A stretch of 32,000 nt of DNA, from NCBI GenBank assembly GCA_038823825.1, contig JAWBCC010000001.1, positions 150,001 through 182,000 of the forward strand. Direction: 5' to 3'. This DNA comes from Candidatus Hadarchaeales archaeon. Its GTDB lineage: Archaea; Hadarchaeota; Hadarchaeia; Hadarchaeales; Hadarchaeaceae. The notes beneath the pieces are model-generated. The model did not search any database. It was given only the letters and a program-made list of their open reading frames with translations, and was not told where the DNA came from. The position numbers were made by a program, and so were the translations under genes. This document shows positions 9,043 through 18,058 of this stretch, in pieces (position 1 is the first letter of the stretch; each line of letters begins with the position of its first letter).

Positions 9043-11298
9043 ATGAAATACATTTGCATCCATGGTCATTTTTACCAGCCACCCAGGGAAAATCCATGGC
9101 TTGAGGAAGTTGAGACCCAAACTTCTGCGTATCCATATCACGACTGGAATGACAAAATAAACTCCGAGTGTTACGCCCCCAACGCCTTTGCCCGCTTTAT
9201 CGACGGAGATTTTGTGAGCAATTACGAATTCATGAGTTTTGATTTTGGTCCAACCCTCTTGAACTGGCTGGAGAGGCATTCTCCAGAAGTTTATGAGAAG
9301 ATCTTGAGCGCCGACGGAAAATCCCAAAAGAGATTTTCTGGCCATGGTTCGGCAATTGCTCATCCATATTTCCATGTGATTCTCCCTCTTGCCAATGACC
9401 TTGACAAGCGCACAATTGTTGCCTGGGGTGTGCGGGACTTCGAAAGAAGATTTGGCAGAAAACCTGAAGGAATGTGGCTTCCGGAAATGGCTGTGGATCT
9501 GAAGACTTTAGAAATCTTGGCTGATTTCGGGATAAAGTTTACCATTCTCTCACCTCACCAGGCTAAAAGGGTGAAATATGCGGGCAAAGGGTGGCAAGAA
9601 ACAGGTGGTAGAATTAATCCGAGAATTCCGTATGTCTGCAGACTTCCATCAGGCAGGGAAATGTTCATTCTTTTCCGCGATGATGTTATTTCAAACGATG
9701 TCGCATTCGGCGGCCTAGCCAAAAACGGTCAAGAATTGGCTAAAAGACTGGAAAATTCTGTCTCAGATTCTGAAATCGTTTTGGTTGCCGTAGATGGAGA
9801 AACATTTGGTCATCACACGCCCTGCGGTTCTCGGGAACTCTCCAAGTGTGTAGAGGTCCTATCCGGGAAAGATAATGTACAGCTCACGATACCGGCTGAG
9901 TATCTAGAACATAATCCCCCTAGGGCGGAGGTAGAAATTCGCGAGAACACTTCTTGGAGTTGTTTCCATGGCGTGGAAAGATGGAGGAGAAACTGTGGGT
10001 GTAACACCGGCATGCATCCCAATTGGTCGCAGGAGTGGAGGGAGCCTCTGCGTAAGGCGATGGAATGGCTCAACAGGCATCTTATCGAAATATATGAGTG
10101 TTTTTCGTCGGAATATCTCAAGGATTCGTGGGCTGCCAGGGATGATTATATTGAAATATTGGCGGATAGAAGCCCAGAAAACATTGAGAAGTTCTTCTCC
10201 AAGCACGCTCGCAGAAGATTGACCCAAGAGGAGAAGATCAAGGTTACTCTGCTGCTCGAAATGGAGAGGCAGGCGATGCAGATGTTTACAAGTTGTGGCT
10301 GGTTCTTCGATGACATCTCAGATATCTCGTCGATCCAAATACTCTCACAAGCTTCTAGGGCGATGCAGCTGGCGAGGCAGGTTACGGGTATATATCTTGA
10401 GGGAAGCTTCTTGGAAATTCTAAAGGAAGCCAGAAGCAACATTTCACAATTCGGAAACGGTTCCATGATATACCGCAATGTTGTGCTCCCCCTGAAGACC
10501 GATCTGAAAAGAGTTGCGGCAAATTTTGCTCTAATTTTCCTGCAGTCCGAATATCCAAATTCCTTCAAGTTTTATGTTTACAGAATTGAGAACAAGTTGC
10601 ACAATGATGTTCAAAAGGACGGGCATAGGCTAGTGGCTGGCCGGATGAAGATCTCCAGCGAAGCAACCCTCGAGCAGGAGGAGTTAGACTTTGTTGCCTT
10701 GAGAAGCAACACTATGCTCGCCTGGATCTCCAAAGCTGGGAGCTGGAATCTAGACGGAATTCTCGAGCTTTTCTTAGAGAATGGGGCGGGTGCTGTTATC
10801 AGCTATTTCCGCAGATCTGGGGAAAGGGAGCACACCATTTCTGAACTGTTCGACGAGGAGCGAAGAGAGATGTTCACACGTCTTCTCGATTCAGAGCTTC
10901 TCATGGAACTCCGAAAATCTCTCATGAGGTTGAAATTTGTCGAGCAGGGATTTCTCTCCGGAGTTCGTCTGTTGTGGCTACTCGCTCTTCTTTCTGAACT
11001 GAGGGGAGCAGTGGAAAAGCTAGATTTCGAGAAAGCAAGATCTACACTCCTCGAGCTCCGGCAAGCCGGTTTTGAGCCATGCATAGAGCAGGTTTCTCTG
11101 ATGAGACAAAAGCTTCGTGAGTTAATCGCATCCTCGGACGTAGAAAAGTTGGAAAAGATGATCGACCTACTCGACATGGTCCGACCAGGTGTTGACGAAT
11201 GGCTGGTAAGAACTTTTGCCATTCGCAAGCTTCACACCGGAAGTTCCGGAAAAGAGGCTGAAATCCTGCGAAGGATACTGGGTGGTGGCATATGCTGA
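9043..11298 (+). CDS. Glycoside hydrolase family 57 protein (DUF3536-containing type)
   Basis: MKYICIHGHFYQPPRENPWLEEVETQTSAYPYHDWNDKINSECYAPN, FNFGPTLL-like FDFGPTLLNWLERHSPEVYEKI, GVRDFERRFGRKPEGMWLPEMAVD, VAVDGETFGHH, FHGVERWRRNCGC; long helical C-terminal half. Confidence 0.88.
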   Translation: MKYICIHGHFYQPPRENPWLEEVETQTSAYPYHDWNDKINSECYAPNAFARFIDGDFVSNYEFMSFDFGPTLLNWLERHSPEVYEKILSADGKSQKRFSGHGSAIAHPYFHVILPLANDLDKRTIVAWGVRDFERRFGRKPEGMWLPEMAVDLKTLEILADFGIKFTILSPHQAKRVKYAGKGWQETGGRINPRIPYVCRLPSGREMFILFRDDVISNDVAFGGLAKNGQELAKRLENSVSDSEIVLVAVDGETFGHHTPCGSRELSKCVEVLSGKDNVQLTIPAEYLEHNPPRAEVEIRENTSWSCFHGVERWRRNCGCNTGMHPNWSQEWREPLRKAMEWLNRHLIEIYECFSSEYLKDSWAARDDYIEILADRSPENIEKFFSKHARRRLTQEEKIKVTLLLEMERQAMQMFTSCGWFFDDISDISSIQILSQASRAMQLARQVTGIYLEGSFLEILKEARSNISQFGNGSMIYRNVVLPLKTDLKRVAANFALIFLQSEYPNSFKFYVYRIENKLHNDVQKDGHRLVAGRMKISSEATLEQEELDFVALRSNTMLAWISKAGSWNLDGILELFLENGAGAVISYFRRSGEREHTISELFDEERREMFTRLLDSELLMELRKSLMRLKFVEQGFLSGVRLLWLLALLSELRGAVEKLDFEKARSTLLELRQAGFEPCIEQVSLMRQKLRELIASSDVEKLEKMIDLLDMVRPGVDEWLVRTFAIRKLHTGSSGKEAEILRRILGGGIC

Positions 11299-12770
11299 AG
11301 AGAGGAAGTGGAATTGTTTTACACGTATCTTCCTTACCTGCAGAATTTGGTGTGGGAGATTTTGGCTCCAAATGCCTAGAATTTCTGGATTTCTTAGCCG
11401 AGGCCGGTCAGAGGATTTGGCAGGTTTTGCCGCTTACGCCAACAGATCCATCAACAGGGAATTCGCCGTACGTGAGCAGTTCCCTCTTTGCAGGAAATGA
11501 GCTTTTAGTTAGTCCAGAACTTTTGGCTCGCGATGGTCTTCTAGATCTCTCACAAATCTCCTATTTACCACACGGACCAGTCGACTATCAGACCGTCACA
11601 GATTTAAAGAGGAAAATCTTAGATAAGGCTTTCTCGAATTTTGGCGAAAAGAAGGAACTGGAAGAATTTGCTGGACAGAACTCCTACTGGTTGGAAGATT
11701 ATGCGCTTTTCACGGTTCTCAAGCGGAAATTCGGGACTGAATGGAGCAGATGGCCAAAGGAAGTTAGAGAGAGAAACTGGAAGGTTCTTCAAAGCATTAG
11801 ACTCGAAAAACAGAAAGAAATAAAACGCGTGATTTTCGGTCAGTACATTTTCTTCAAGCAATGGGAAGAAATTAGGCGAAGGTGTAAAGAATTAGGGATA
11901 AAGATTTTAGGAGACATACCTATATATCCCGCATACGATAGCTGCGATGTCTGGGCTCATCCGGAACTCTTCAAACTTGACGAGAGGCTGCTGCCTACGC
12001 ACATTTCTGGTGTTCCTCCAGATTATTTTTCCCCGACCGGACAACTTTGGGGAACTCCCGTCTATAGGTGGTCGGAACACGAGAAAGATGGTTTCGCCTG
12101 GTGGTTATCTAGAGTAGAGCATGCCTTGAAACTCTTTGATTTGGTCAGAATAGATCACTTTAGGGGTTTGGTGGCGTACTGGGAAGTAGAAGCTGGACAG
12201 ACGACAGCGATCAACGGCAGATGGGTCCCAGCTCCAGCAGAGAAACTTCTCAGTCGTGTCAAACAGAAATTCCCTGAAATGCCGTTTGTAGCTGAGGATC
12301 TGGGCGTGATAACCTCAGATGTCGTTGAGGTCATTAAAAAATTCAACTTACCCGGGATGAGAGTCCTGATCTTTGGATTCGGTGACGATTTTCCAGAGAG
12401 CATTCATTTACCTCACCGCTTTGACGAACACTGTTTGGCGTACACGGGGACCCACGATACGAACACCGTTCGAGGCTGGTTTGAGAATGAAGCGAATCCT
12501 CAAGTTAGGAGCAGAGTTTTCCATTACTTGAGAAAGGAAGTAAAATCAGATGAGCTCCCCTTCGAGTTCATCAAATTGGTCATGTTTTCCAGAGCTCTAG
12601 TCTCAATGATTCCTGCCCAAGATCTGCTTGGACTCGGAAGCGAGGCGAGAATGAACGTTCCCGGAACGGCGAGCGGAAATTGGAGGTGGAGGCTTTTACC
12701 TGGACAGCTGACGAGAGAACTTGCAAAGAAACTTAGAGAGCTAACCGAATCTGCAGGCAGAACGGGTTAA
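11292..12770 (+). CDS. malQ: 4-alpha-glucanotransferase (GH77)
   Basis: RGSGIVLHVSSLPAEFGVGDFG, WQVLPLTPTD..GNSPYVSSSLFAGNELLVSPE, ILGDIPIYPAYDSCDVWAHPELFKLD, RIDHFRGLVAYWEV, FVAEDLGVITSDV, YTGTHDTNTVRGWF. Starts 7 nt inside the preceding GH57 gene. Confidence 0.94.
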   Translation: MLKRGSGIVLHVSSLPAEFGVGDFGSKCLEFLDFLAEAGQRIWQVLPLTPTDPSTGNSPYVSSSLFAGNELLVSPELLARDGLLDLSQISYLPHGPVDYQTVTDLKRKILDKAFSNFGEKKELEEFAGQNSYWLEDYALFTVLKRKFGTEWSRWPKEVRERNWKVLQSIRLEKQKEIKRVIFGQYIFFKQWEEIRRRCKELGIKILGDIPIYPAYDSCDVWAHPELFKLDERLLPTHISGVPPDYFSPTGQLWGTPVYRWSEHEKDGFAWWLSRVEHALKLFDLVRIDHFRGLVAYWEVEAGQTTAINGRWVPAPAEKLLSRVKQKFPEMPFVAEDLGVITSDVVEVIKKFNLPGMRVLIFGFGDDFPESIHLPHRFDEHCLAYTGTHDTNTVRGWFENEANPQVRSRVFHYLRKEVKSDELPFEFIKLVMFSRALVSMIPAQDLLGLGSEARMNVPGTASGNWRWRLLPGQLTRELAKKLRELTESAGRTG

Positions 12771-14137
12771 TCGTTTGATCCTTCAAGTGCTTTAAGAACC
12801 CGAAAGACATCAAGTTCGCCGAGGGGTTTTCCTTGAACCTGTAGGCCCACTGGTATTCCGTCTACTTCTCCTACTTTCACAACACCTCCGCATATTCCGG
12901 CTAAATTTGCCGGAACCGTCAGATAGTCGTAGCTATACATCTCCATTGGCGCAAGTTTGGTTCCGAGTCTATGTGGAAGTTTTGGAACAGTCGGGCCAAC
13001 GATCACGTCAACATTACTGAGAACGCGCATCAGCTCTTCTTTTATTATCGTTCTGACTTGAAGAGCCCGCTGGTAGTATTTCCCCCGGTATTCCTTGCGA
13101 CTTATGTATGAACCGCGTCTTATCCTTCGTAAAACTTCCTCGCCGCAGACTTCTTCTATTCTTTTTCCGTACTTTCTTCCGTCAAACTTCCTAGTAGCCG
13201 AAAAAAATTCGACGGAGACGATGAGATAATATGCCGGTAAAGCTTTCTCGAGATTTGGAAGGTCTACCTCTACGATTTCCGCTCCGAGATCTCTTAACCT
13301 TTCAACTGCTCCATCGATGACTTCCATTATCCGCTCATCCGTGAGAAGGCGGAATTTTTCACTCACGCCGATTTTCATGCCTTTTATGTCGTCAGTCAAC
13401 TTTCCCAAATATTGAACTTTTTTGACATCGAGCATCATACATTCTTTCTCATTTTTTCCTGCCATGACTTCCAGAAGAAGCGCGGCCCCGTCGACGTCAG
13501 TAGCGAGCGGTCCTATTTGATCGAGACTCATGCCCAGATCTATCAAGCCATGTCTGGGAACCAGTCCATACGTTGGCTTTATCCCAACGATTCCACAGTG
13601 GCTTGCGGGATTTCTTATTGATCCGCCAGTGTCTGTCCCGAGGGCCAGATCGCAGAATTCCGCCGCAACCGCCGCTGCACTCCCGCTGCTCGATCCTCCG
13701 GGTATCCTGCCGGGTGCTGAGGGGTTATCTGTCGGACCGAATGCGCTGCTTTCTCCGCTCGATCCGCAGGCGAACTCATCCATGTTGGTCATCCCTATGA
13801 TGATCCCATCCTCTCTCTTGATTCTTTTGATGACCTCCGCATCGTAGGGACAGACGTAATCCTCAAGCGTTTTCGATGCGCATGTTGCTCTGAGACCCAA
13901 AACATTTATGTTTGATTTGACGGCTATCGCCAGCCCGGCCAGTTTACCGATCTTTTCACCTCTTTTTATTTTTTCGTCGATTTTCCTAGCCTCTTCAATG
14001 GCATTTGGGTTGATTTCTATGAACGCGTTTATTTTTCCGTTTAGCTTTTCAATCCTCTCGAGGAATTCTAGAACATTTTCCTCGGCAGAGATCTCCCCAT
14101 TCCTAATTTTTTCCAACTTCTCTAGCGTTCTACCCAA
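12767..14137 (-). CDS. gatA: Asp-tRNA(Asn)/Glu-tRNA(Gln) amidotransferase subunit A
   Basis: Amidase signature: GLAIAVKSNINVLGLRATCASKTLEDYVCPYDAEVIKRIK, GMTNMDEFACGSSGESSAFGPTDNP..PGRIPGGSSSGSAAAVAAEFCDLALGTDTGGSIRNPASHCGIVGIKPTYGLVPRHGLIDLGMSLDQIGPLATDV. Confidence 0.95.
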   Translation of the reverse strand: MGRTLEKLEKIRNGEISAEENVLEFLERIEKLNGKINAFIEINPNAIEEARKIDEKIKRGEKIGKLAGLAIAVKSNINVLGLRATCASKTLEDYVCPYDAEVIKRIKREDGIIIGMTNMDEFACGSSGESSAFGPTDNPSAPGRIPGGSSSGSAAAVAAEFCDLALGTDTGGSIRNPASHCGIVGIKPTYGLVPRHGLIDLGMSLDQIGPLATDVDGAALLLEVMAGKNEKECMMLDVKKVQYLGKLTDDIKGMKIGVSEKFRLLTDERIMEVIDGAVERLRDLGAEIVEVDLPNLEKALPAYYLIVSVEFFSATRKFDGRKYGKRIEEVCGEEVLRRIRRGSYISRKEYRGKYYQRALQVRTIIKEELMRVLSNVDVIVGPTVPKLPHRLGTKLAPMEMYSYDYLTVPANLAGICGGVVKVGEVDGIPVGLQVQGKPLGELDVFRVLKALEGSND

Positions 14138-14364
14138 GTCGCAACCTCCACCCGGATATTACCTTCTTCATCTTTTTTCGGTGCTATAGAGAGAAATCTT
14201 TTTCTGAATTCTGCGAGTTTTTCCTTGTTCGGTGGAGCATCTTCTCTTGTTGTGTTATACATCTCGTAACTGTAGTAAGTTTCCTTGGTCTCCGGTAGAT
14301 CTCGCACCGCCTGCAAGAAGGATTGAATTATCTCCTCCGCGGCCTTTTCGATGTCTTCGCTCAT
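14122..14364 (-). CDS. gatC: Asp-tRNA(Asn)/Glu-tRNA(Gln) amidotransferase subunit C, short
   Basis: 80 aa: ...AAEEIIQSFLQAVRDLPETKETYYSYEMYNTTREDAPPNKEKLAEFRKRFLSIAPKKDEEGNIRVEVATW, directly upstream of and overlapping gatA by 16 nt. Identity rests mostly on operon context plus the C-terminal pattern. Confidence 0.7.
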   Translation of the reverse strand: MSEDIEKAAEEIIQSFLQAVRDLPETKETYYSYEMYNTTREDAPPNKEKLAEFRKRFLSIAPKKDEEGNIRVEVATWVER

Positions 14365-14428
14365 CTGATAAACTTCTGTTCACCAATAAAAAACGATGAT
14401 TTAAGGGTGTAGGAAGGAGTTTTACTTG

Positions 14429-14581
14429 ATGAGAAAAGATATTCTCAGTTGTCCGAGGTGCGGTTTCACGTTCAGCAGATCTTATGCTAGGATAACATCT
14501 TGTAGCGGTTGTCCGACCTCAGTATCTGGTTGTCCAATGATAAAGTGTCCAAAGTGCGGGCATGAGTTTAGGGTGACATAA
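14429..14581 (+). CDS. Small 50-aa cysteine-rich (zinc-ribbon/Fe-S-like) protein, not in the supplied ORF track
   Basis: Translated by hand: MRKDILSCPRCGFTFSRSYARITSCSGCPTSVSGCPMIKCPKCGHEFRVT*. Has AGGAAGGAG upstream and seven Cys (CxxC, CxxC, C, CxxC). The TAA stop overlaps the ATG of the radical SAM gene by 1 nt. Confidence 0.78.
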   Translation: MRKDILSCPRCGFTFSRSYARITSCSGCPTSVSGCPMIKCPKCGHEFRVT

Positions 14582-15606
14582 TGAAGGTTGAAGCGAAATT
14601 CTGGGAGAAAATGTCCGGAAAGAAAGTCCGATGTTTTCTCTGTGCGAGAAGATGCGAGATTGCAGATGGGAAAACAGGCGTGTGCAGGGCGAGAATAAAC
14701 GAGGATGGAAAGATGTTCTCGCTCGTTTACGGCTCGATCGTCTCGATGGCCGTAGATCCGATAGAGAAAAAACCGCTTTATCATTTTTGGCCCGGAAGCG
14801 ATGTCTTTTCAATAGCGGCTCCCGGCTGCAACTTCTTCTGCAAGCACTGTCAGAACTGGGAAATTTCGCAGGCCAGCATATTCGACATTCCATGTGAGGA
14901 GATTCCTCCAGAGAGGCTCGTTGACATGACAGAGGAAAGCGGTTCTTCCGGTATCGCTCATACTTACACGGAGCCAACGCTTTGGTCTGAGTACGCGATC
15001 GATGTCGGGAAAATCGCTCACAAGAGAAATCTTTACAACGTTTATGTTACGAACGGCTTCATGACGATTGAAGCTCTGGAAGAAATAGGTAAATACATCG
15101 ACGCTGCAAACGTCGATGTAAAAGCCTTTTCTGAAGATTTTTACCGCAGGATTTGTGGGGTTACAAGCATACAACCTGTGCTCGAATCTTGCGAATGGAT
15201 GGTCGAACATGGGGTTCATCTTGAGATCACATATCTCATAATTCCGGGAGAAAATGATGGACGTGAAGAGATAGAAAAATTCAGCAGATGGGTGGTTGAA
15301 AAACTCGGCGAAAATGTGCCGGTTCACTTCAGCAGATTTTATCCACACTTCAAAATGACGGACAAACCCCCAACACCGGTGGAGACGCTAGAGATGGCCG
15401 TTGAAATCGCGAGGAAAGCCGGTGTGAAGTTCGTGTACATCGGAAATGTTCCGGGCCACGAGTTCGACAACACATACTGTCCAAGCTGTGGAGGTCTGCT
15501 AATCGAGAGGCGCGGCTTCTACATAACCGAGTATAGAGTGAGAAACGGAAAGTGTCCGGACTGCGGGGAAAAAATCCCGATCGTTGGAAGATATTTAAAA
15601 CGATGA
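14581..15606 (+). CDS. amrS: AmmeMemoRadiSam-type radical SAM protein (AmrS/PFL-activating-enzyme-like)
   Basis: KKPLYHFWPGSDVFSIAAPGCNFFCKHCQNWEISQ (CxxxCxxC), GIAHTYTEPTLWSEYAIDVG, YVTNGFM, PCLE-like SVQPVLESCEWMVEHG, PVHFSRFYPHFKMTDKPPTPVETLE, YIGNVPGHEFDNTYCPSCG. Confidence 0.88.
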   Translation: MKVEAKFWEKMSGKKVRCFLCARRCEIADGKTGVCRARINEDGKMFSLVYGSIVSMAVDPIEKKPLYHFWPGSDVFSIAAPGCNFFCKHCQNWEISQASIFDIPCEEIPPERLVDMTEESGSSGIAHTYTEPTLWSEYAIDVGKIAHKRNLYNVYVTNGFMTIEALEEIGKYIDAANVDVKAFSEDFYRRICGVTSIQPVLESCEWMVEHGVHLEITYLIIPGENDGREEIEKFSRWVVEKLGENVPVHFSRFYPHFKMTDKPPTPVETLEMAVEIARKAGVKFVYIGNVPGHEFDNTYCPSCGGLLIERRGFYITEYRVRNGKCPDCGEKIPIVGRYLKR

Positions 15607-15639
15607 AAAAGTTGACTTTTCTTGAGCGATGGATCTTTT

Positions 15640-16986
15640 TTACAGTCCACTAAGGCACGACTTTAATTCTCTCATTCCGATTTCTGCCAGTTCTTTTGCT
15701 CTCTCTGGAGTCTTGGCTTCAGCAAAGCATCTGAATATCGGCTCTGTGCCGGATGGTCTGACGATGAACCATCCATCTTCGAAATCCACTCTAACACCGT
15801 CAATCGTGCATATCCTTTCTCCAGAGAATTTATTTCGGAGGACTTCCATGACCTTTTGTTTTAGTTCATGCGGACACTCGATCCTCATCTTTACTTGGTA
15901 GTATTTCGGGAGTGTGTTGTTTAGCTCAGAAACTTTTAGACCGCTTTCTGCCAGCTCGGCGATGAATTGGACAGCAGTCATTATTCCATCCCGACAGGGA
16001 GTCCAGTCAAAGAAAAGAACACCACCGTTTTCTTCCCCTCCGATATCTCCACCATTTCTTTTGTATTCTCCCACGATTTCCGGCTCTCCAACCTTAGTTC
16101 TCACGACGCTACCACCAAGTCTCTCCGCTACATCGTCAATAACGGAGCTCGTTGCCACCGTGGTGATTATTTTAGGATTTCTTCTCCCGCGCAGATAGTG
16201 AAGTGCGGCAATGGCGAAGGTTCTATCGCCCATCAAAATTTCTCCATTTTCGTCCACGATCGCCGTCCTGTCAGCGTCTCCATCATGCGCGATTCCAACG
16301 TCGGCCTCACACGCCACGACTGCTTTTGACAGTTCTCCCAGATTTTCCGGAACTGGTTCGAGTTTTCTCGCTGGAAATGTTCCATCGAGCTGGGAATTCA
16401 TGGAGATAACTTCACATCCAAGATCCCTCAGGATGTATGGAGTGACCAGAGCGCCGACAGCGTTTCCGCAATCAACGACGACTTTCAGCTTTCTCTCAAA
16501 TTTTGGGATTTTGGTCAGAAGATTCCGGACATAGGGCTCAATAGCGTCGGCCGTGGAGCTTTTTCCACATTTTTCCCAGCTCACAGTTTTTCCGTTTTCC
16601 TCAACGATTTTTTCTATCTCCGTTTCGCGTTCTCTTTCGAAACCTGCTCCGTCAGAGCCCAAGAATTTTATCCCATTGTATTCCGCCGGGTTGTGCGATG
16701 CCGTTATGATAACTCCAGCATCACAGGAGAAGTATCTGACAGCAAAAGAAAGAACGGGGGTGGGCGTTAGTCCTAGTCTGAGAACATCACAACCACCAGC
16801 CATAAGACCTGCTGCGACTGCTTGCTCGAACATCTCTCCCGAAGTTCTGTTATCTCTCCCGATCGCAACAGTTCCGGTTCCTCCCAAGTGGGTGGCTAAG
16901 GCGAGACCGAGTTTGTATGCGAGTTCTGGCGTGAGCTCACGGTTCACGATTCCTCTGACCCCAAAGGTTCCGAACAGCTTTCCCAT
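15640..16986 (-). CDS. glmM: Phosphoglucosamine mutase / phosphohexomutase family
   Basis: GKLFGTFGVRGIVNRELTPELAYKLG, VAIGRDNRTSG, ITASHNPAEYNGIKFLGSDGAGF, VGIAHDGDADRTAIVDENG, VRPSGTEPIFRCFAEAK. ORF track allows a start at 16995; MGKLFG starts at 16986. Substrate is not proven by sequence. Confidence 0.85.
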   Translation of the reverse strand: MGKLFGTFGVRGIVNRELTPELAYKLGLALATHLGGTGTVAIGRDNRTSGEMFEQAVAAGLMAGGCDVLRLGLTPTPVLSFAVRYFSCDAGVIITASHNPAEYNGIKFLGSDGAGFERERETEIEKIVEENGKTVSWEKCGKSSTADAIEPYVRNLLTKIPKFERKLKVVVDCGNAVGALVTPYILRDLGCEVISMNSQLDGTFPARKLEPVPENLGELSKAVVACEADVGIAHDGDADRTAIVDENGEILMGDRTFAIAALHYLRGRRNPKIITTVATSSVIDDVAERLGGSVVRTKVGEPEIVGEYKRNGGDIGGEENGGVLFFDWTPCRDGIMTAVQFIAELAESGLKVSELNNTLPKYYQVKMRIECPHELKQKVMEVLRNKFSGERICTIDGVRVDFEDGWFIVRPSGTEPIFRCFAEAKTPERAKELAEIGMRELKSCLSGL

Positions 16987-17023
16987 TTCAACCAAACTAC
17001 TCGCACGCAGCAGGATTAAATCC

Positions 17024-17031
17024 TTTATGTA
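17024..17031 (+). promoter_or_regulatory. Candidate archaeal TATA box (TTTATGTA) for tRNA-Arg
   Basis: AAATCCTTTATGTAAG centred about 26 nt upstream of the tRNA 5' end, the canonical spacing for archaeal TBP sites. Confidence 0.5.
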
Positions 17032-17052
17032 AGTACTCGTTGAGATATCTTT

Positions 17053-17151
<99 letters not shown>

Positions 17152-17205
17152 TGCTCATATCAGCTCTATGGCGTTGGTCGGTCCACCAAAGATTTTCCTG
17201 TTTTT

Positions 17206-18012
17206 CTAAATCTTCCTATGCAAAATTTCAAGAGAAATCTCGGCCGCTCGCTTGCCTGAGAGGAGCATTCCCCCAAATATTGCCCCCATTCTTGGGGATC
17301 CGAAAACCGTGTTTGCAGCCATACCAGTTACAATTAATCCCGGCCATATCTCCCTAGTGTTGCTCAGCACCTCTTCTTCAGCTTTTTCAGCCCACATCGG
17401 TCCCTCTCCGATAACCACACCAGTCTTAGTAGGAAATCTAGCCTCAGGGATCTTTTTCTGCACGATTCTAGCTATTGATGCGTCATGACCCGTCGCATCT
17501 ATGACAATCTTGGATTTCACCGCCACCGGGTCGACATGCATGCCGGCAATCTGTACGGCTTTCCAGTTCAGAACGATTCCGCAGATTTTCCCCTCTTCTC
17601 GGACAACAACATCTTCCGCAGCCATCCCTACCATTATGTTTGCGCCAGCGTCTATCGCTCTGGCTGCGAGTTTGCAGATCACCTCGACCGAATCAGCAGT
17701 ATACAATCCACTGCCGGCTTCCTTCATTTTGATTCCTATCTCTTCGAGAATGCTTCGGGCGCTCTCCTGCACGACAACTTTTGGAAAAAGAACTCCTCCG
17801 CCCCACATTCCTCCTCCTATGTGGAGGTTTCTCTCGAACACCCCCACTCTGACTTTTTTCTCCGCCAGATATTTAGCCGCGGTGAGGCCAGAAGGGCCCG
17901 CTCCGACAACAGCAACATCTAGGTCGAGAAGCTTTTGAAAATCGGACGTGAATCGCTCGAGAATCGCTTTGGTTATCGATTCCTCCTCGATGTTTTGAGC
18001 TCTTTTAAACAT
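17206..18012 (-). CDS. thi4: Thiazole synthase, Thi4 family (His-type, predicted sulfide-dependent)
   Basis: DVAVVGAGPSGLTAAKYLAEKKVRVGVFERNLHIGGGMWGGGVLFPKVVV, NWKAVQIAGMHVDPVAVKSKIVIDATGHDA, GPMWAEKAEEEVL, GSPRMGAIFGGMLLSGKRAAE. Confidence 0.93.
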   Translation of the reverse strand: MFKRAQNIEEESITKAILERFTSDFQKLLDLDVAVVGAGPSGLTAAKYLAEKKVRVGVFERNLHIGGGMWGGGVLFPKVVVQESARSILEEIGIKMKEAGSGLYTADSVEVICKLAARAIDAGANIMVGMAAEDVVVREEGKICGIVLNWKAVQIAGMHVDPVAVKSKIVIDATGHDASIARIVQKKIPEARFPTKTGVVIGEGPMWAEKAEEEVLSNTREIWPGLIVTGMAANTVFGSPRMGAIFGGMLLSGKRAAEISLEILHRKI

Positions 18013-18058
18013 TCATAACCACCCGGTAATTCTAGGATTTCCACTTCTTAATGGGTTT

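Noticed and set aside
8833-9375. 180-aa minus-strand ORF across the glgB/GH57 junction
   Set aside because: Antisense to the ends of two confidently assigned genes; composition typical of a shadow frame.
10146-10568. 140-aa minus-strand ORF and neighbouring ORFs (10803..11228, 11042..11371)
   Set aside because: Antisense to the helical C-terminal half of the GH57 gene; no independent support.
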